Positions 37,186 through 45,732 of a stretch of DNA of 64,000 bases are shown in pieces. This stretch comes from an uncultured Clostridia bacterium (GTDB lineage Bacteria > Bacillota > Clostridia > Christensenellales > Borkfalkiaceae), in contig CATZIC010000001.1 of assembly GCA_958419945.1 (NCBI GenBank), positions 9,482 to 73,481 on the forward strand. Reading direction: 5' to 3'. Numbering within the stretch: position 1 is the first letter of the stretch; every line of letters begins with the position of its first letter. The translations under genes and the position numbers were made by a program. Below the pieces are notes generated by a model. The model did not search any database. It was not told where the DNA came from and saw only the letters and a program-made list of their open reading frames with translations.

Positions 37186-38208
37186 CTATCTTTGAACACG
37201 ACCGGAAGCGTCGCCGTTCATTAAGGTTTCGACTTCCTTTTCGGAAACCAAATTGAAGTCGCCGGGGATAGTGTGTTTAAGCGCACTTGCAGCAACCGCA
37301 AATTCAAGCGCTTTTTTGAAGTCGCCGTACTTTAACATTCCGTGGATAAAACCGCCGGAGAAGCTGTCGCCGCCGCCTACACGGTCAACGATACGGACTT
37401 CGTATTTTTTGGAACGGTAGAATTCCTTGCCGTCGTAAGCTAAAGCGCTCCAACCGTTGTCGCTTGCCGAATAAGATTCACGAAGGCTTGTAGCGATATA
37501 TTTAAAGCCGAAAGTCTCCTTCATTTTTTCGAAAATGTCTTTATAGCCTTGAAGTTCGAGGTCGCCGCTTAAAACGTCGGTCTTGCCCGGTTTAAAGCCG
37601 AGGCACTTTTCGGCGTCTTCTTCGTTACCGATACAAACGTCCACGTACTGCATAAGTTTTGTCATGCAAGCTTTAGCCTCGTCGGGCGTCCAAAGTTTTT
37701 TGCGGTAATTTAAGTCGCATGAAACGGTTACGCCGTGTTTTTTAGCGGCAATAAGGGCGGCTTCGGTAAGTTTTTGAGCTTCCTTTCCGAGTGCCGGTGT
37801 AATACCCGTGAAGTGGAACCAGGTAGCCCCTTCGAAGATTTTATCAAAGTCGAATTCTTCGGCTTTTGCTTCGGCTATTGCGCTGTTCGCTCTGTCGTAT
37901 ATAACCTTGGAAGGACGCATGGAAGCGCCGGTTTCCAAGAAGTAAATGCCAACTCTATTTCCGCCGCGAACTATGTAGTCGGTGTTTACGCCCATTTGAC
38001 GCAAACTGTTTACCGCACATTGTCCTATTTCGTGCGTAGGAAGTTTGGTTACAAAGTATGACTGCTCGCCATAGTTAGCGAGTGAGACGGCTACGTTAGC
38101 CTCTCCGCCGCCGTAAACCACGTCGAAGTTGTCGCTTTGTACAAATCTTTTATATCCGTTTGTGGAAAGACGAAGCATGATTTCGCCCATTGTAACTATC
38201 TTTGCCAT
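37186..38208 (-). CDS. kdgK: 2-dehydro-3-deoxygluconokinase (PfkB family)
   Basis: PfkB signature ..DRVGGGDSFSGGFIHG..; about 340 aa; operon context. Confidence 0.85.
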   Translation of the reverse strand: MAKIVTMGEIMLRLSTNGYKRFVQSDNFDVVYGGGEANVAVSLANYGEQSYFVTKLPTHEIGQCAVNSLRQMGVNTDYIVRGGNRVGIYFLETGASMRPSKVIYDRANSAIAEAKAEEFDFDKIFEGATWFHFTGITPALGKEAQKLTEAALIAAKKHGVTVSCDLNYRKKLWTPDEAKACMTKLMQYVDVCIGNEEDAEKCLGFKPGKTDVLSGDLELQGYKDIFEKMKETFGFKYIATSLRESYSASDNGWSALAYDGKEFYRSKKYEVRIVDRVGGGDSFSGGFIHGMLKYGDFKKALEFAVAASALKHTIPGDFNLVSEKEVETLMNGDASGRVQR

Positions 38209-38307
38209 AATTTGTCCCCTTTTACTTTAATTAGGTAATTTCATATAGGAAAGTTTTAAAATTTGTTTTAAAACCGAACGTTCTTTTTGCCTTGTAACTG
38301 CCTTCGA

Positions 38308-39276
38308 TTATTTGCTTTGGACGAGGTGAACGGCAAAACCGCCGAACTCGTCTTTAAGATATGCTAAGGTTAATCTTTCGCCGTCATATTTAAAGGAAGT
38401 CTCGTCGACGGCGAAGCCTTTGAGGCCGAGTTGGTAAACCGCACGCTTTACGTTTGGTGTGGAAATTGCGATATGACCGTACTTTCCGCGACCGTTCTTC
38501 TTCATAACTTCAACCAAAGTACCCGCAAACACGCTGCTGTTGCCCTCTTTTTTTGTAAAGCCGAAAGCGGTTTCGAAAAGTTCTGCAACCTTGATAGCTT
38601 CTTCCGCACACTCGGCGTTGATACCGATATGCGCAAGTTTGAAGTCAAGCATTTTGGTTACTGCGGATTTACATAAAGCAGTGATTTCTTCCCAAGCGCC
38701 TGCCTTTACAAGCTTATCGGGAACTATCCAACTTCCGCCGCAGCAAAGAATCTTGGGATTAAGTAGGTATGCGTTTAAGTTGTTTTCGTTTATACCGCCC
38801 GTAGGCATAAATACCATTTGAGAATAAGGTGCGGAAACGGCTTTTATATAAGCAAGGCCGCCTGCTTGTTCGGCAGGGAAAAACTTTACGAAATTAAGGC
38901 CGAGTTCCATTGCCTGTTCTATCTGACTGCCGTTTGCTACCCCGGGTACGAAGGGTACGCCGAGATCTAAACAGTGTTTTACGACCTTGGGGTTAAGCCC
39001 CGGAGCCACACAGAATTTAGCGCCTGCTTTTACGGCTTTATCTACCTGTTCTATGGTAAGCACGGTTCCTGCGCCGACGAGCATGTCGGGATAGGCGTTT
39101 ACCATTGCGGCAATTACCTTGTCGGCACCTTCGGCACGGAAGGTTACTTCCGCACAGCGTATGCCGCCGTCGTATAAAGCCTTTGCCAAGTTTACGGCGT
39201 CGTCTGTATTTTCAAGTTTTATTACGGGGACTATACCCGTGCATTCGAATAAACTTAACACCTCTTTCTGAGTCAT
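38308..39276 (-). CDS. eda: KDPG/KHG aldolase fused to a C-terminal extension of about 110 aa that looks glyoxalase/VOC-like
   Basis: The N-terminal 210 aa carry aldolase motifs (GAGTVL, KFFPAE, PTGGI). The C-terminal FKLAHIGINAE..GHIAISTPN..FAVHLVQ resembles a VOC half-domain. Confidence 0.8.
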   Translation of the reverse strand: MTQKEVLSLFECTGIVPVIKLENTDDAVNLAKALYDGGIRCAEVTFRAEGADKVIAAMVNAYPDMLVGAGTVLTIEQVDKAVKAGAKFCVAPGLNPKVVKHCLDLGVPFVPGVANGSQIEQAMELGLNFVKFFPAEQAGGLAYIKAVSAPYSQMVFMPTGGINENNLNAYLLNPKILCCGGSWIVPDKLVKAGAWEEITALCKSAVTKMLDFKLAHIGINAECAEEAIKVAELFETAFGFTKKEGNSSVFAGTLVEVMKKNGRGKYGHIAISTPNVKRAVYQLGLKGFAVDETSFKYDGERLTLAYLKDEFGGFAVHLVQSK

Positions 39277-39376
39277 AATTTCACCTGTCTTTTATAGTTA
39301 TCGGCAATACTTTCAGGCACGCAATGCGCCTTAACACAATATGCCTTAATATATAATAATTTTAGTGTCCATTCCG

Positions 39377-39385
39377 ATTATAACA
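39377..39385 (-). promoter_or_regulatory. Candidate extended -10 (TGT-TATAAT) for the eda-to-uxaC operon
   Basis: Minus strand reads TGTTATAAT about 100 nt upstream of the eda start; the -35 is weak. Confidence 0.4.
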
Positions 39386-39661
39386 TTACAGGCGCTTTAA
39401 AGTACATATCAAATAACGGCTTAAATATGCACAAAAAGGATATTTTTGTAAATTTTCACGACCGCGTTCGCCATTTTTCGCAGCCTTTTATTTTTGAATT
39501 TTAACCATACTTTTTTGTCTGATTTTGTCATAATTACCTAAAAGGTCGACTTTTGGGGGTTATGTGCGTTTTTGACCGATTATCGCAAAAAAAGTGCGGA
39601 ATTTTGGCTTTTACTTTAATAAAATCGTCCGAAACGGTTTTTTCGAAAGGTTTTCGGCATC

Positions 39662-39694
39662 AAAAAAACGGCAGCCGATTTGGTGCCGTTTTTT
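39662..39694 (-). terminator. Bidirectional terminator downstream of kduD
   Basis: AACGGCA..TGCCGTT stem flanked by an A-run and a T-run. Confidence 0.75.
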
Positions 39695-39764
39695 ACTAAC
39701 ATTATCGAGTTTGCTATGCAAATTTTTGCTTTTAACAGCCGTTTAATCTGCCCAAAAAAGCCGA

Positions 39765-40520
39765 TTATCTGCCGAGCCAACCGCCGTCAACCGCAATGGT
39801 AAAGCCGTTTACGTAGTCGCTTGCGGACGACGCCAAAAATACAGCGGCACCCATGATGTCGTCGGGCGTGCCCCAACGGCCTGCGGGGATTCTTTCCAAA
39901 ATGGCTTCGCTTCTGTCGGCGTCCTGACGGAGGGCTTTGGTGTTGTTGGTTGCCATATAGCCCGGTGCGATTGCGTTTACGTTAATGCCGTATTTAGCCC
40001 ATTCGTTAGCCATGGACATGGTAATACCCTTAACCGCGGACTTGGAAGCTGTGTAGCTGGGAACCCTTATGCCGCCTTGATATGAAAGCATACTTGCAAC
40101 GGAAATAATCTTGCCGCCGCTTTGCTGTTTAACAAATTGTTTTGCAACTGCCTGAGAGAAGAAAAATACGGTTTTTGCGTTTACTGCCATTACACTGTCC
40201 CAACTTGCTTCGCTGAAGTCGATACAGTCCTCTCTTTTGATGATGCCGGCATTGTTTACCAAAATATCAACGTGGCCGAAGTCTTCAATCGTCTTTTGAA
40301 TAATGCGGTCGATAGGCTCTAAGGTCATCAAATTTTCCGTCATAAAATGGAAATTTTCTTCGCCGAGCATTTCCTGCGTTGCGGTGCTTGGTACTACGGA
40401 TACGCCCATAACTTTTGCGCCGGCTTCTACGAAAGCTTTGCAAAAACCTTGACCGAGACCGGTGTCGCTACCCGTTACGATTGCTACTTTACCACTGAGA
40501 CTGAATTTGTCTAAAATCAT
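39765..40520 (-). CDS. kduD: 2-dehydro-3-deoxy-D-gluconate 5-dehydrogenase (SDR)
   Basis: N-terminus MILDKFSLSGKVAIVTGSDTGLGQG nearly matches canonical KduD; 251 aa. Confidence 0.9.
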   Translation of the reverse strand: MILDKFSLSGKVAIVTGSDTGLGQGFCKAFVEAGAKVMGVSVVPSTATQEMLGEENFHFMTENLMTLEPIDRIIQKTIEDFGHVDILVNNAGIIKREDCIDFSEASWDSVMAVNAKTVFFFSQAVAKQFVKQQSGGKIISVASMLSYQGGIRVPSYTASKSAVKGITMSMANEWAKYGINVNAIAPGYMATNNTKALRQDADRSEAILERIPAGRWGTPDDIMGAAVFLASSASDYVNGFTIAVDGGWLGR

Positions 40521-40687
40521 TATTTTCTCCTTCTTGTTGATAATTTTCTACTATAATGATAGCCCGAAATCAAAAAACAAGCAATATAAAATACGATGAG
40601 ATTTATGCACAAAACGGATATTCGGGTTTGAATTTTACGTCGGGTTTCGACAAAGAATTATTAAAAAAACTTTTCGTCCGGATTGCT

Positions 40688-41683
40688 TTAAAAAATTCCT
40701 ATAGATCGGAAAATTACGATAGTGATAAACAGTGTAACCGACGAAAGCAGCGTGGTCCATACGACAAGTTGGCCGGCTAGATCGCCGTCGCAATTCATTT
40801 CCCGTGCCATGATTGCGCTCGATACCGCAACGGGGGTTCCGAAAAGGGCTATGTACGCCGCAAACGAGCCTCCGCCAAGGTTCGGAAGGATCAAAAGCGC
40901 TAAGCCGAGCGCTATCAAAGGGACGATTACCGTACGCATTACGGTGCCGAAAATTATCGGCTTTTTAAGGCGTGAGATTGCGGAAAATTCAAACTGTCCG
41001 CCCAAAACGATGAGCGCAAACGGGGTTGCCGCCGAACCTATATAGTTAAGCGCCGTAAACAAAAATTTGAAATTGCTTAGTCTGAACGAAAGGCCAATGG
41101 AATCAAAAAGACTGCGGATTGCAAGACACCAAAGTCCCGCAAGCACACCGATTATAAGCGGGTTTTTAACAATGCCAAGTAGAACTTTTTTTACGTCGGC
41201 CTTGCCGCTTTCGCCTTTAGGTGAGCCGTTAAAGACAGACAAAATAATTACCGCAAGAATGTTGAAAACGGGAATCGAAAAGGCAGACAACACGCTTGCC
41301 GAGGCGGCGCCTTCCACACCGAAAAGTTGGGTGGCAAGGGGTATGCCGATTATTGCATAGTTGGAACGGAAAACCGCCTGGATAAGAACACCCCTTTGAG
41401 CGTTGTCCTTTGTAAACGCCATACACACCGGTACCGCAAGCAAAAAAAGTAAAACAACCATCGCTACGCCGTACAATACGAAAGTCCAATTTATTTCGGA
41501 AAAATTTTGTATTGCGTAAACGTTGTTGAATAGTAGCACCGGCAAAAGCAATTTAAAGGTAAGTTTATTGCCGACGCTTAAAAAATTTTCGTTTACGAGT
41601 TTTATTTTTTTAAGCGCCCAGCCGATAAATACCATAAGTATTATCGGCAGTACTGCGTTTGCGGAAAACAATAAGTCGTTCAT
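40688..41683 (-). CDS. AEC (auxin efflux carrier) family permease
   Basis: About 10 TM segments and 331 aa; typical AEC N-terminal pattern ..VLPIILMVFIGW.. Confidence 0.75.
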   Translation of the reverse strand: MNDLLFSANAVLPIILMVFIGWALKKIKLVNENFLSVGNKLTFKLLLPVLLFNNVYAIQNFSEINWTFVLYGVAMVVLLFLLAVPVCMAFTKDNAQRGVLIQAVFRSNYAIIGIPLATQLFGVEGAASASVLSAFSIPVFNILAVIILSVFNGSPKGESGKADVKKVLLGIVKNPLIIGVLAGLWCLAIRSLFDSIGLSFRLSNFKFLFTALNYIGSAATPFALIVLGGQFEFSAISRLKKPIIFGTVMRTVIVPLIALGLALLILPNLGGGSFAAYIALFGTPVAVSSAIMAREMNCDGDLAGQLVVWTTLLSSVTLFITIVIFRSIGIF

Positions 41684-41700
41684 ATATAAAAAACACTCCG

Positions 41701-41872
41701 TTAACGGGCATATAGGCCCACTTTTTATTGAGATAAAAGAGAATAGAGAAAAGTGAAAAAAGTGGATTTAGGGTAATTATAGTAGTTTGCAAAGCGACAA
41801 ATCCACTCTTCGACACTCAAAACTCAAAAGGCGCCGTTTTTAGCCGATAACGGGCTTATAGCCTAACTTTTT
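41701..41872 (+). repeat. Composite repeat: M1 variant (41701-41727), inverted M5 pair (AGTGGATTT..AAATCCACT), M1 (41843-41872)
   Basis: TAACGGGCATATAGGCCCACTTTTT; GAGAATAGAGAAAAGTG..; GCCGATAACGGGCTTATAGCCTAACTTTTT. Confidence 0.8.
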
Positions 41873-41876
41873 ACAA

Positions 41877-43295
41877 TCAGCGGGAAGTTTCGAAGTCGCT
41901 GAGGCGTTTTTCAAAATCCTTGCCGCCAAAATAAGGGGCAAGGTATTTTTCGGTGTTTCGGCACATTTTAACGAAAAGGGTTTTTGCTTCCTCCGTAGTA
42001 AGAGTACCTAATAGCGGCTGATTTATAAATGCAAGAAAGATTTTTTCGAGATTTCTTTCCTTTATTCCTTCGTAGGTTAAATCTATATTAAGACAGTTTC
42101 TGTACACAAGGTTTAGTACCGCGGTCGGCAGCGGCTTTGCGGTTATCGGGCGTATTGAATCGTTTGAAAATACGCAGTTTGTTTCCACGATAGAGCCGAG
42201 CGGAAGCTGTGGCATTTGTCCGAGGTTCGGCATATTTACGTTCGTTACGACGGTGTTAAACCCAAGCAGTGCTTTGATAAGCGCAACCCCTTCTTCGTCC
42301 GAACTTTTAAGTTCGAACTTCTTTTTGCCTTCCGCCATTAAAATCGTTTCTTCGATTTGCTCTTTTTGGCGTGCTTCTCTAAAGTCCACCGTAGTCAAAC
42401 CGTACTTCCAATCGGTAACGGTTTTAGGTTCCTTTAAATACCAGGTGTTAGGCATGAATTCCACCAAATGCCGATCTCCCGCCGCCCCCAAAGCGCCGTA
42501 CTTACGGTATAGGTCCATTTTAACCTTGTTGCCGTACGCAAAAGTGTCATATTTAAATTGGAAGCGGTCGCCACGTTCGAAATAACCTTCCTCGTAATAC
42601 TTTTCCATAAATGCGGGAATAAGGCTTAAAAGGTCGATGTTTTGGTAGCGGGCTTCGGTTATCCAGGTAAAATGGTTGATGCCGGAAGCGTCGGTAAAAA
42701 TATCCTTTCTTGAAACGGAAATTCCTTTTACCTCTCTTAAAACAAGGGTTAAAAATTCCTGTGCATGGAAAACCTCATGACAGCAACCGAAGGCTTTAAT
42801 TTCCGGAAAAACGTCGTAAAGGGCTTTGGTGCAGATGCTCATGGGGTTGGTGTAGTTTATAACCCAGGCGTTTGGACAGATTTTCTTTATCTTCTTCGCA
42901 AATTCCTCATAGATAGGAACGGTTCGCATTGCCCTTAAAACTCCGCCCGGGCCTACGGTATCGCCTACCGATTGATATACGCCGTAGTTTTCGGGTTCGT
43001 GCACGTCGCTGCGCATTTCTTCGAAGTTGCCTGGAAGAATCGAGATTATTACAAAGTCCGCACCGGAAAGTGCGGTTTCCAAATTTTCGCTTACCGTGTA
43101 ATCAAAATGAGACACGCACGCCTTATCCGCATTTATATATGCGCCGATTTTTGCGTTTCTTTCCGCAGCCTCTCGGTCGATATCGTATAAGGCAATTTCA
43201 CCCGTCAAGCCGCTTGTAAGCGCCAAGTCGGACATAAATACCCTTGCCCAATTTTTGGAACCGCCGCCGATATAACAAATTTTTATTTTTTTCAT
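41877..43295 (-). CDS. GH4 family glycosidase (LplD-like alpha-galacturonidase)
   Basis: N-terminal Rossmann MKKIKICYIGGGSKNW; about 470 aa; GH4 pattern ..GCCHE..; pectin context. Confidence 0.78.
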   Translation of the reverse strand: MKKIKICYIGGGSKNWARVFMSDLALTSGLTGEIALYDIDREAAERNAKIGAYINADKACVSHFDYTVSENLETALSGADFVIISILPGNFEEMRSDVHEPENYGVYQSVGDTVGPGGVLRAMRTVPIYEEFAKKIKKICPNAWVINYTNPMSICTKALYDVFPEIKAFGCCHEVFHAQEFLTLVLREVKGISVSRKDIFTDASGINHFTWITEARYQNIDLLSLIPAFMEKYYEEGYFERGDRFQFKYDTFAYGNKVKMDLYRKYGALGAAGDRHLVEFMPNTWYLKEPKTVTDWKYGLTTVDFREARQKEQIEETILMAEGKKKFELKSSDEEGVALIKALLGFNTVVTNVNMPNLGQMPQLPLGSIVETNCVFSNDSIRPITAKPLPTAVLNLVYRNCLNIDLTYEGIKERNLEKIFLAFINQPLLGTLTTEEAKTLFVKMCRNTEKYLAPYFGGKDFEKRLSDFETSR

Positions 43296-43345
43296 GCGAA
43301 CCTCTACTATATTATGCTTTTTATTTTGAAATGATTTTTTTGAGT

Positions 43346-45604
43346 TTAATTAGGGTTTTCGGGAATGTTATCACCGTTGCCGCCGTCGCCTGCGGTTTCT
43401 TCCGTAACGCTATCGTTTTCGTCGGCGGGTGTTTCGTCTTCGATGCTGTCTTCGGTTGTTTCGTTCTCGGAATCGACGCCTTGCATCCAATAATTTTCGC
43501 CGTACAGTGCGGTGTATTCGGAATTATCGTCCTCGTCTTCTTTTTTTGCTTCTTGACGGCCTTTTTTAACGATTACGAAAATTACAACGGCAACGGCTAC
43601 TATTGCCAAAACCACTATCCCGATTATAGCGGCAAGCCATTTCGTGGTGCCGAAAAGGTATTCCTTAAAAGTAGGCGTGCGTGGATTTACTACACCCGCA
43701 AAAATCACGTCGCCGTCCCCGAAAGCCACGAAAACCGCGGTCATTTGATCGAATTGCGGCAAAAACGCGCGGCTGTAGCTTGCCGTACTTTCGCTGTTGT
43801 AGGTTACGGGGTTGCCGTAAACGGCGCCGCTTTCAAGGTCGTTTAAAGTTACCTTTTTCTTTAAAACGTATCTGCCGTTTTTGTATTTTGTAAAGTCTTC
43901 CGCCCCGCAGGCGTAAATTGTAACCTGCCCTTCTCTTTTGCCGCCACGCCAATTTACGACCGAGGTTTTGCCGTCAAAGTATTTTGAGATTTCCGCCGCT
44001 TTTTCGGCTGTAGCGTCGGCGTCGTCAAAACTAAGGTTAAAAGAATATGAGCCGTCATTTGTCAAAGTTATATCCGTAATTACGATACCGCTGTTTGTGC
44101 CGTCGCTATAATAAAGCGAGGTCAAAAGTTGCCCGTTTGGGCCGATAACCGTCTTATAGGCCGACTTATCGGGATTGCCGATTGTTGAGTTATCAACTGA
44201 TTCGTTATGCGTATCGTGCTTTATTTTGCCGCTTCCGTTTAAAATTGCGTAGGAAGATTTTTCCTTTTCAGAGTACAATTTTTCGTCGCCGAGACGGTAT
44301 ATGAAAACCTCGTTATCGCCGTACATATTGCCGTAATTTACGGTGGAAGGGCCAAGGTCCGCTCCGATATAGCCGTTTTTTTCGTTTACCCTGTAAACGA
44401 CTATGCCCGATGAAGAAAGTCCGCCGTCTGCCAAACTGCTATCTTTAGAGCGGGCCTCTATCATAAAATATTCGCCTGTTTTATAGTAATCGTTTAAAAC
44501 GAGTTTTACCGCCTTAACCTTGCTATCCGAAGTTACGGGATATAAAGTGTAGGCGCCGCTTTTTTCGGCAGGGATAATAGCGCCGTCATTCAGCCAACCG
44601 AGACGATATCGTGTGTAAGTAAGGGGCATAGACGGTAAAATGCTTATTCCGCCCATAATGTCGAGTTCGCCGACGGGTTCGTCTTCTCCCGCATAGGGGT
44701 AATAGTCTGCAATGCCGGTATCGTGCATGAGTTCGTGGCATATTGCGCCGCAGGAAAACAGTTTTTCGTCGTTTTCGTCCGTTATACTGTGTTCCGTGAT
44801 TTTCGATGATCTGAAAACAGTGTAATTATCAGCCGCCTTTGCGTTTATATAACACGGAAGAAAATCAAGTGCGGATAGCTCGTAATCCCCGGGTATATAG
44901 TAATCGTTTTTAAGTTTTTGCTCGTTATAAACTGTCAGGTTGCTTCTGTGTTCCCATAATATTTCATCCCAACCGCCGCTACTTTGAGTGTCGCCAAAGA
45001 TTATTACAAGTCCGTCAACAAGTCCGTTATTATCGCCGTCGAGGTTTAGGGTTGTTTCGGAAAGCCCTTTTATAACGCTTCTTATTAATGACTGTTCACG
45101 CAAAAGTCGGTCTATATGCCGTTTAACGCCACTTTTTTCCGACGGACAAGGATTATTTTCCAGGTCGAAATATCTGTTGTCGTAACCGTTTTCATTTGCT
45201 TCTTTATAGCCATTGACGGTGGTTATATATTTTGGCATATAGTAACTTTGCGGTTCGTCTAAAACTATAGGCGTGTCGGTAAGAAGGGTAAAATCGGTAA
45301 GATATTTTCCGTTTGATGCCTCTAAAAAATAGTTTTTAACGCTTTGCGGAGAGAATTTTAAAGTCTTCATAAGAAGGTCGTTAAAATCTTCAGAAAAAGC
45401 ATCTTCAGTTTGGTCGGAAAATTTTACGGTTATAACGCCGTATTGTTTTGCGGCAGTTTCGGTGTCCGCATCCGCCTCGGCATATAACGGCTTTTCGGAG
45501 CGCCCCGATTTAGCCATCGCAAAAGCGGGAGCTATCGAAAGCGAACCCGCAAAAATTACCAAAAACAGAGAAAATATTGTAAAAAAACTTAAAAACTTTT
45601 TCAT
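43346..45604 (-). CDS. Secreted, membrane-anchored M6-like (immune inhibitor A-like) zinc metalloprotease
   Basis: Signal peptide, HELMH zinc motif, C-terminal TM helix followed by an acidic tail. Confidence 0.65.
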   Translation of the reverse strand: MKKFLSFFTIFSLFLVIFAGSLSIAPAFAMAKSGRSEKPLYAEADADTETAAKQYGVITVKFSDQTEDAFSEDFNDLLMKTLKFSPQSVKNYFLEASNGKYLTDFTLLTDTPIVLDEPQSYYMPKYITTVNGYKEANENGYDNRYFDLENNPCPSEKSGVKRHIDRLLREQSLIRSVIKGLSETTLNLDGDNNGLVDGLVIIFGDTQSSGGWDEILWEHRSNLTVYNEQKLKNDYYIPGDYELSALDFLPCYINAKAADNYTVFRSSKITEHSITDENDEKLFSCGAICHELMHDTGIADYYPYAGEDEPVGELDIMGGISILPSMPLTYTRYRLGWLNDGAIIPAEKSGAYTLYPVTSDSKVKAVKLVLNDYYKTGEYFMIEARSKDSSLADGGLSSSGIVVYRVNEKNGYIGADLGPSTVNYGNMYGDNEVFIYRLGDEKLYSEKEKSSYAILNGSGKIKHDTHNESVDNSTIGNPDKSAYKTVIGPNGQLLTSLYYSDGTNSGIVITDITLTNDGSYSFNLSFDDADATAEKAAEISKYFDGKTSVVNWRGGKREGQVTIYACGAEDFTKYKNGRYVLKKKVTLNDLESGAVYGNPVTYNSESTASYSRAFLPQFDQMTAVFVAFGDGDVIFAGVVNPRTPTFKEYLFGTTKWLAAIIGIVVLAIVAVAVVIFVIVKKGRQEAKKEDEDDNSEYTALYGENYWMQGVDSENETTEDSIEDETPADENDSVTEETAGDGGNGDNIPENPN

Positions 45605-45732
45605 AATCACATTATACACTACCTTTGGAATTTAAGCAATAGATTTGAATTTTAAATTTTTGTCATTATGCGACATTTATAAGCAATATTATATCTTTTA
45701 CCTCTTCTAATTTGTGGTAACGTATAATTACT

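Noticed and set aside
39277-39764. The 488-bp intergenic region upstream of eda as a hidden ncRNA or small gene
   Set aside because: The region is AT-rich with no convincing conserved-looking structure or RBS-preceded ORF. It is best explained as the kduD terminator plus a long promoter and operator region. I could not identify a specific operator.
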